From assembly GCA_045604905.1 (NCBI GenBank), contig JAZUOX010000070.1:345-64344 (forward strand): a stretch of DNA of 64,000 nucleotides, given 5' to 3'. Position numbers and translations under genes: made by a program. This DNA comes from Clostridia bacterium. GTDB lineage: Bacteria; Bacillota; Clostridia; UMGS1883. Each line of letters opens with the position of its first letter. Position 1 is the first letter of the stretch. Below, piece by piece: positions 59,701 through 64,000 of this stretch. The notes below the pieces were generated by a model. It made no database searches, was not told the origin of the DNA, and saw only the letters and a program-made list of their open reading frames with translations.

Positions 59701-60600
59701 TCCAATGTTGAAATCCACTCTTTTAAGAGGTTCACAGGAAAATGCCGAATCAATCCCGTCTGCAGCAGTTACAAGAGCACCGTCTATATATAGCCACATT
59801 TTCTGCAAGTCTGTGTCAAATTCCCATTCAAAATTTACCCATCTGCGGAGAAGATTGTATTTTCCGAATGTACTTTCTGCGCCAAGGCTGCGTCCCGAGG
59901 GTCTTCCGCCGTAATACCTTACTTCCCCTACTGTGCCGTCTGCAAGAAAGTAAAAGCGCATCCATGCACGGTTTTCGCCAAACGCAAACTCATAGTCGTA
60001 CATTGCAGTCTGTCCCTCTTCAAAGTCCATATACACATCTGAACTTACGGAAATTCTGCCCGACGGTAAAATTCCGTTAAGAACATACTGAGGACGGTCT
60101 TTCCACATTTCGTTCCACATATAACAGTTTTTACTTCCGTCAGAAAGCGTTTCCACCTTGAATTTACTCGATGGATAGCTGGCGTTTCCCCAGCGGGTTT
60201 TCCAGTCTGTAAGGAAATTTGTCATAACGGAATTTTCATATTCACTGTAATCAAAGCTGTCGGAATAGTTAATATAGTAATTTTCCGGCATAACCGTAAA
60301 ATCAAATGATTTTTTGTTACCATCTGCTGTTGCGGTAAGTGTAACTTCCTGCGAATTATCTTCAGGTCTTGTAACTTTACCTGTGCTGTCTATAACAGAG
60401 GAATTACTGCTAGACCATATAACAGAAGTTCCGCCGACTGTTTCGGTAAGGGTCAGGTCTTTTGTAATGCACCTTCCTGCTTCTTCCGAAAGCATTTCAT
60501 AACTTATCTCTAAAACCGCTTCTGCCCCATAAGCAAAAGACGGCATCAGAGTTATAAGCATTGCCGATATTATAATTAAAGCTGTCAGGCGTTTTTTCAT
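56773..60600 (-). CDS. Secreted multidomain protein: Ig/LamG-like modules, PL22-like propeller, CBM-like domain
   Basis: WSSSNSSVIDSTGKVTRP Ig motif; HMNLNP..FAHEG..ERIW..ETVSHEAW..HTHPCFS. Confidence 0.72.
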   Translation of the reverse strand: MKKRLTALIIISAMLITLMPSFAYGAEAVLEISYEMLSEEAGRCITKDLTLTETVGGTSVIWSSSNSSVIDSTGKVTRPEDNSQEVTLTATADGNKKSFDFTVMPENYYINYSDSFDYSEYENSVMTNFLTDWKTRWGNASYPSSKFKVETLSDGSKNCYMWNEMWKDRPQYVLNGILPSGRISVSSDVYMDFEEGQTAMYDYEFAFGENRAWMRFYFLADGTVGEVRYYGGRPSGRSLGAESTFGKYNLLRRWVNFEWEFDTDLQKMWLYIDGALVTAADGIDSAFSCEPLKRVDFNIGTNVVGHSLGIDNMCVITKYDDIDEKEIVDVYSLLSHENFSAESEFAVTQNLDLSRAVIEGYEDVKVIFESGSDNLVINGTEGEIIRNEEDKEAILYATVTKDGSDFSQTKTFRFIVKGTDYKVYESESFYYPDLVGQRTTAENGGWYLNWTPKKDGLLDSKYVKEGNNHSVVGFRTVKDTEVSVTDSNSFYYRYSDASKRDVIIETRMKVGKAIDIQQIYNLNIYGRYEGIAGSKSYAQMHIYASKTSTSMRMSSYDPLAGANKSVALASNLASPDEWFKLKMEIDLFNKTFNIFINDKCVTPTPLNFMVESGVDPSLKATELVYFSANPFRSMPKGELYIDDFATYSTQGMTADIAISKDGEKLTDLGYLNPGDEFSADVQLYNFTDDITLESSAFIAGVYSNDKLHDIAIIKGEATDGIINVNFPFLTIPETIDGAKLKVFFLDSNGKLSPIREKYFFPHKLNGNITPIEHTDEETDRTYYTIDLNGEHAIRSYYTMPVWAKNREKFYFYDNQYRLYEFDIESEKYKYIDSLFGQNLVMVSKYGNVFYVRKNKEIVRMRSNYEKEVVGTLPLDMNIGAAGLLQVNDNETYLSIEITENNSTEFDVTKKKRIPVMDINTGEWDLRYIHGFDTKICAPDHMNLNPNPAYSNFVAFAHEGTGDNGEGNPERIWLLDRDTGEYVNLFKQKMLYDSVPAETVSHEAWMHSGELMMFANSSRTTPGGITLFKLDGSDRRYVNNDYNYLHSAGSTVTDRFVVSDTAYNGSVTQLVLIDCYTGKSYLLATLPQNGKDPGHTHPCFSHDGTKVIFGLYSEDLTTIRFGWMDVSDIINSVADGEDIILSDTCSTTSYEDTDFFLSRKNVNDQKFYNIANGNHMNVNITAFEKETVDVKITFDYVDNGTDNIVIDYIKWEKVNGKNKIVNYTENIARTNTGSIKTATVTLSGINAENLKIMGTDFTIKGEETDLLVKNISVTEK

Positions 60601-60773
60601 TGATTTATCCTCCGAAACAAATTGTACCCGATTATACAATATTCCAATTGTGATTATACATTATATTTATTTGCAAATCAAGATTTTTGACCGCTGTTTA
60701 ACAATGTTTTTTAACTCTACCACTTGTAATCTCTGCGTTTTGATGTTATATTGTTAAATAGGAAGTGATTTTT

Positions 60774-62192
60774 ATGAGAAAAACTAAAATTATATGCACA
60801 ATCGGCCCCGCCTGTAACAACGAAGAAACGTTGACAAAAATGTGCCAGGCAGGTATGAATGTTGCAAGACTTAACTTTTCACACGGAACACATGAGGACC
60901 ATAAGAAAAATATTGACCTTATAAAGTCAGTCCGTGAAAAGCTTAATCTCCCCATTGCGATACTCCTTGATACAAAGGGACCCGAATACAGAATCCGTAC
61001 TTTTAAAGACGGGAAAATTACTCTTAACGACGGTGATACCTTTACATTTACAACCGAGGAAATTATCGGGGATGAAACAAAGGTAAGCGTAAACTACAAG
61101 GGACTTATGGGCGACCTCGCGGTTGGTGATACCATCCTTGTAAATAACGGTCTTGTTGTTTTTGAGGTTAAGGAGCTTACGGATACAGAGGCACATTGCG
61201 CTGTTATCACCGGCGGTGAGCTTTCAAATCAGAAGAGTATGAGTTTCCCCAACAAAGTCCTTAACCAGACTTTCCTTTCCGAGCAGGATAAGAGCGATAT
61301 TCTTTTCGGTCTTGAAAATGATATTGACTACATTGCCGCATCTTTCGTTTCAACAGCACAGGATGTACTTGATATAAAGAATTTTATTGAGGAAAACGGT
61401 GGAAGCGACGTTGGTATTGTTGCCAAAATTGAAAACCGTTCCGGTGTTGACCATATTTATGAAATTTGCGAGCATTGCGAAGGTGTAATGATTGCCCGCG
61501 GTGACCTCGGTGTTGAAATTCCCTTTAAGGAGCTTCCCGCAGTGCAGAAAAAGCTCATCACAGTATGCCGTATGATGGGTAAACGAATTATTACCGCAAC
61601 GGAAATGCTTGAATCTATGATATACAATCCACGTCCCACACGTGCGGAAATTTCTGACGTGGCAAACGCAGTATATGACGGTACAAGTGCCGTTATGCTC
61701 TCAGGTGAAACCGCTGCAGGTAAATACCCTGTAAAGACAATACAGATTATGAGCGACATCTGTGAAGAAACGGAAAATAACATCCACTACAACAAGCGTT
61801 TTCACAGAGCCGATTTCGAAATAAGAAACAACCTTGACGCAATTTCACACTCTGCCTGCTCAATGGCTATCGGTGTAAATGCAAAGGCAATTGCAGTATG
61901 CTCACTTTCGGGGATGAGTGCAAGACTTGTATCAAGATTCCGCCCTGTTGTGGACATCATCGGTCTTACAACAAAGGAAAAGGTATGGCGTAAGCTGGCA
62001 CTTTCATGGGGCGTTACTCCCATTCTCTGTGACGAGTATCCCTCGCCCGAGGTTATGTTTTACAGTGCCACAAAGAAAACTGCCAAGCTGCTTAATCTTA
62101 AAGAAGGCGACAACATTATAATTGTCGGCGGCACGACAAGCGGGAAATCAGGACAGACAAACACAATCCGTCTTGAAAGAATATCACGATAA
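60774..62192 (+). CDS. pyk: Pyruvate kinase
   Basis: KTKIICTIGPA, ARLNFSHG, LDTKGPE, MIARGDLGVE, MLSGETA. Confidence 0.98.
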   Translation: MRKTKIICTIGPACNNEETLTKMCQAGMNVARLNFSHGTHEDHKKNIDLIKSVREKLNLPIAILLDTKGPEYRIRTFKDGKITLNDGDTFTFTTEEIIGDETKVSVNYKGLMGDLAVGDTILVNNGLVVFEVKELTDTEAHCAVITGGELSNQKSMSFPNKVLNQTFLSEQDKSDILFGLENDIDYIAASFVSTAQDVLDIKNFIEENGGSDVGIVAKIENRSGVDHIYEICEHCEGVMIARGDLGVEIPFKELPAVQKKLITVCRMMGKRIITATEMLESMIYNPRPTRAEISDVANAVYDGTSAVMLSGETAAGKYPVKTIQIMSDICEETENNIHYNKRFHRADFEIRNNLDAISHSACSMAIGVNAKAIAVCSLSGMSARLVSRFRPVVDIIGLTTKEKVWRKLALSWGVTPILCDEYPSPEVMFYSATKKTAKLLNLKEGDNIIIVGGTTSGKSGQTNTIRLERISR

Positions 62193-62204
62193 CATGGTGA
62201 CATT

Positions 62205-62765
62205 ATGAACGAAAGATACATAGTTTTTGACGTTGAAACGCCAAACAGTCATAACGACAGAATGAGTGCAATCGGTATAACAGTTGTGGAAAACGGTAAA
62301 ATTCTTGGTGGCTACTACCACCTGATCGACCCTGAAACTCATTTTGATGATTTTAATATTTATCTGACGGGGATTTCTCCCGATATGGTAAAGGGCAAGC
62401 CGAATTTTAAAGAGTTCTGGAACCTTGCAGAGCCGGTTATGTCAAGCGGCACTCTTGTTGCACACAATGCCCCTTTTGATATGGGCGTACTTGCAAAGTG
62501 TCTCCGTGATTACGGCATAGAATGGAAAGCAACCGTTCCCTACGCCTGCACAGTGCGTATTTCAAAAAAGGTTTTGCCAAATCTTCCAAATCATAAGTTA
62601 AACACACTTTCCGACTATCTTGGTCTTGAGCTTGATCACCACAATGCGGCAAGTGATTCAAATGCTGCTGCCTGTGTGCTTCTGCATTGTCAGAGTATAG
62701 GTGCTGATGTAAAAAGCTTCACTAAAAACTATGATTTGAAAAATATATGTACACTTAAAAAATAA
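62205..62765 (+). CDS. DEDDh 3'-5' exonuclease (DnaQ-like)
   Basis: FDVET, VAHNAPFD, HHNAASD. Confidence 0.92.
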   Translation: MNERYIVFDVETPNSHNDRMSAIGITVVENGKILGGYYHLIDPETHFDDFNIYLTGISPDMVKGKPNFKEFWNLAEPVMSSGTLVAHNAPFDMGVLAKCLRDYGIEWKATVPYACTVRISKKVLPNLPNHKLNTLSDYLGLELDHHNAASDSNAAACVLLHCQSIGADVKSFTKNYDLKNICTLKK

Positions 62766-62834
62766 TATTACATAACTGCCGTTTTTGTCTATATGATTTC
62801 AGACATAAATTATACGAAAAAAGACATTTCTTGC

Positions 62835-62920
62835 AAAGCAGCGTGACGCTGCACCCATGTCGCATACTTACTTTGCACAAAAAGTATTTAATGCGTCTTA
62901 ATTTCCTACAATTCCACACA
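62835..62920. repeat. Copy R6 (degenerate) of the dispersed ~90-bp repeat
   Basis: AAAGCAGCG-TGA-CGCTGCACCCATGTCGCA...TGCGTCTTAATTT. Confidence 0.7.
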
Positions 62921-62963
62921 TAGAAAAAAGCTGAACGATGTTGCTTCGTTCAGCTTTTTTCTA
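62921..62963. terminator. Bidirectional terminator
   Basis: TAGAAAAAAGCTGAACGA-loop-TCGTTCAGCTTTTTTCTA. Confidence 0.88.
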
Positions 62964-62975
62964 TGTCCCATTTTA

Positions 62976-63983
62976 TTATTCACCGTAGAATTCGCGTTTT
63001 GCATTTCCCAGTAACTCAATTTCTTCTAAAATTTCCTCTTCCCATTCTTTATGGGTCATTCTCCAGGGACAGCCTATATACATTTTAATGCTATCGCGGT
63101 AATCCTGCTCACTGTAATATTCAACGGTTGAACGGTCGTTTGTCTTGATGAAAATATTTGATGAAACAGGGGCAATAGGAAATCCTCTTTCAGCACATTT
63201 TTTCATTGTGTCAATGGCTAACTGTACAACGGGGTCTTCCTCGACATACTCAATGGAAAAGCCGTTTCGCTGCACAAAACGAGTGTTGTAATATTCTTGC
63301 ACCGCCTCGCTCTGCTCACTGATTTTTGTCCATTTTTCCTTCTTGAATTCATAATAATTTGACTCACCTACAAGGGTATCCTTATCCATATATTCATAAG
63401 GCTCCTCATAATGCATAAAGGGACATCCCCATATAAATACCTTTGAGCCTGCCTCTTTTACACATTCGGAAAGATATTTTATATCGTGGTGCCAGAGGTT
63501 TCCGCGACGAATGCACACAAATTCATACATTGGGTCGTCAGCGTGTTTGGGAGATTCTTCGTCCATACCGATATGAATGTACTCCGGCTTATCAAAAAGC
63601 TCATATGCATCAAATACAAGGTCGCGTACAACCTTGTAATATTCAGGTGTTGAAACCATTCTTTCGTAAATACCAAGCCATGCATCATGCACTGCGGAGA
63701 AATTGAGCTTAGGAATAATACGGAGTCCAAGGGATTTAAGGCGTGCTACTTCTCTTTTTGTTTCTTCTGCTGTCCATGCACCGGGAATAGCAATTTCGGG
63801 ATGCGAGGGATATACCACACCTTCCCCAAGGTCAAGCACGATTGTATCTATACCTTCTTTAATACATTTATCAACGATGTTATTCCATACCTCTCTGTCA
63901 AAATGAAGCGAGGTCTGTGCCTTGAGGTCACCCCACATATTTTCTCCAAGGTGAATAAGAATTGCAAATGATGGTGTTTTCAT
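62976..63983 (-). CDS. Putative TIM-barrel glycoside hydrolase (GH20-like)
   Basis: YPSHPE, IIPKLNF..HD.WL, IHIGMDEE (HxGxDE catalytic motif of the GH20-like fold). Confidence 0.6.
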   Translation of the reverse strand: MKTPSFAILIHLGENMWGDLKAQTSLHFDREVWNNIVDKCIKEGIDTIVLDLGEGVVYPSHPEIAIPGAWTAEETKREVARLKSLGLRIIPKLNFSAVHDAWLGIYERMVSTPEYYKVVRDLVFDAYELFDKPEYIHIGMDEESPKHADDPMYEFVCIRRGNLWHHDIKYLSECVKEAGSKVFIWGCPFMHYEEPYEYMDKDTLVGESNYYEFKKEKWTKISEQSEAVQEYYNTRFVQRNGFSIEYVEEDPVVQLAIDTMKKCAERGFPIAPVSSNIFIKTNDRSTVEYYSEQDYRDSIKMYIGCPWRMTHKEWEEEILEEIELLGNAKREFYGE

Positions 63984-64000
63984 AATAAATCTTCCTTTCA

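Overview
Chromosomal window from an anaerobic Clostridia-class Firmicute. Evidence for this: SLH proteins, sigmaA-type promoters, NfnAB, FeoAB and FTR/Trx. The left ~26 kb holds housekeeping, stress and metal genes: asnS 3' end, tadA, tRNA-Ser(CGA), sirtuin, macro/vWA, larA, mgsA, pnuC, queH and feoAB. The right ~25 kb is a Gram-positive pectin/uronate utilisation locus with SLH proteins, two secreted PL22-like proteins, GH105, an ABC transporter and pyk. The most notable structure is at 26.4-34.7 kb. A ~1.05-kb segment carries a tyrosine recombinase and one outward-facing consensus promoter, and is bounded by two inverted dif-like 11-6-11 sites. It sits between two divergent ~1165-aa paralogous secreted proteins with near-identical ends and different central domains. 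This predicts a self-inverting either/or switch for surface-protein (antigenic) variation, and a third paralog with its own promoter lies nearby. A dispersed ~90-bp three-hairpin repeat family (6 copies, with covariation) and several candidate regulatory RNAs were also found. All calls were made by eye from motifs and no database searches were run.
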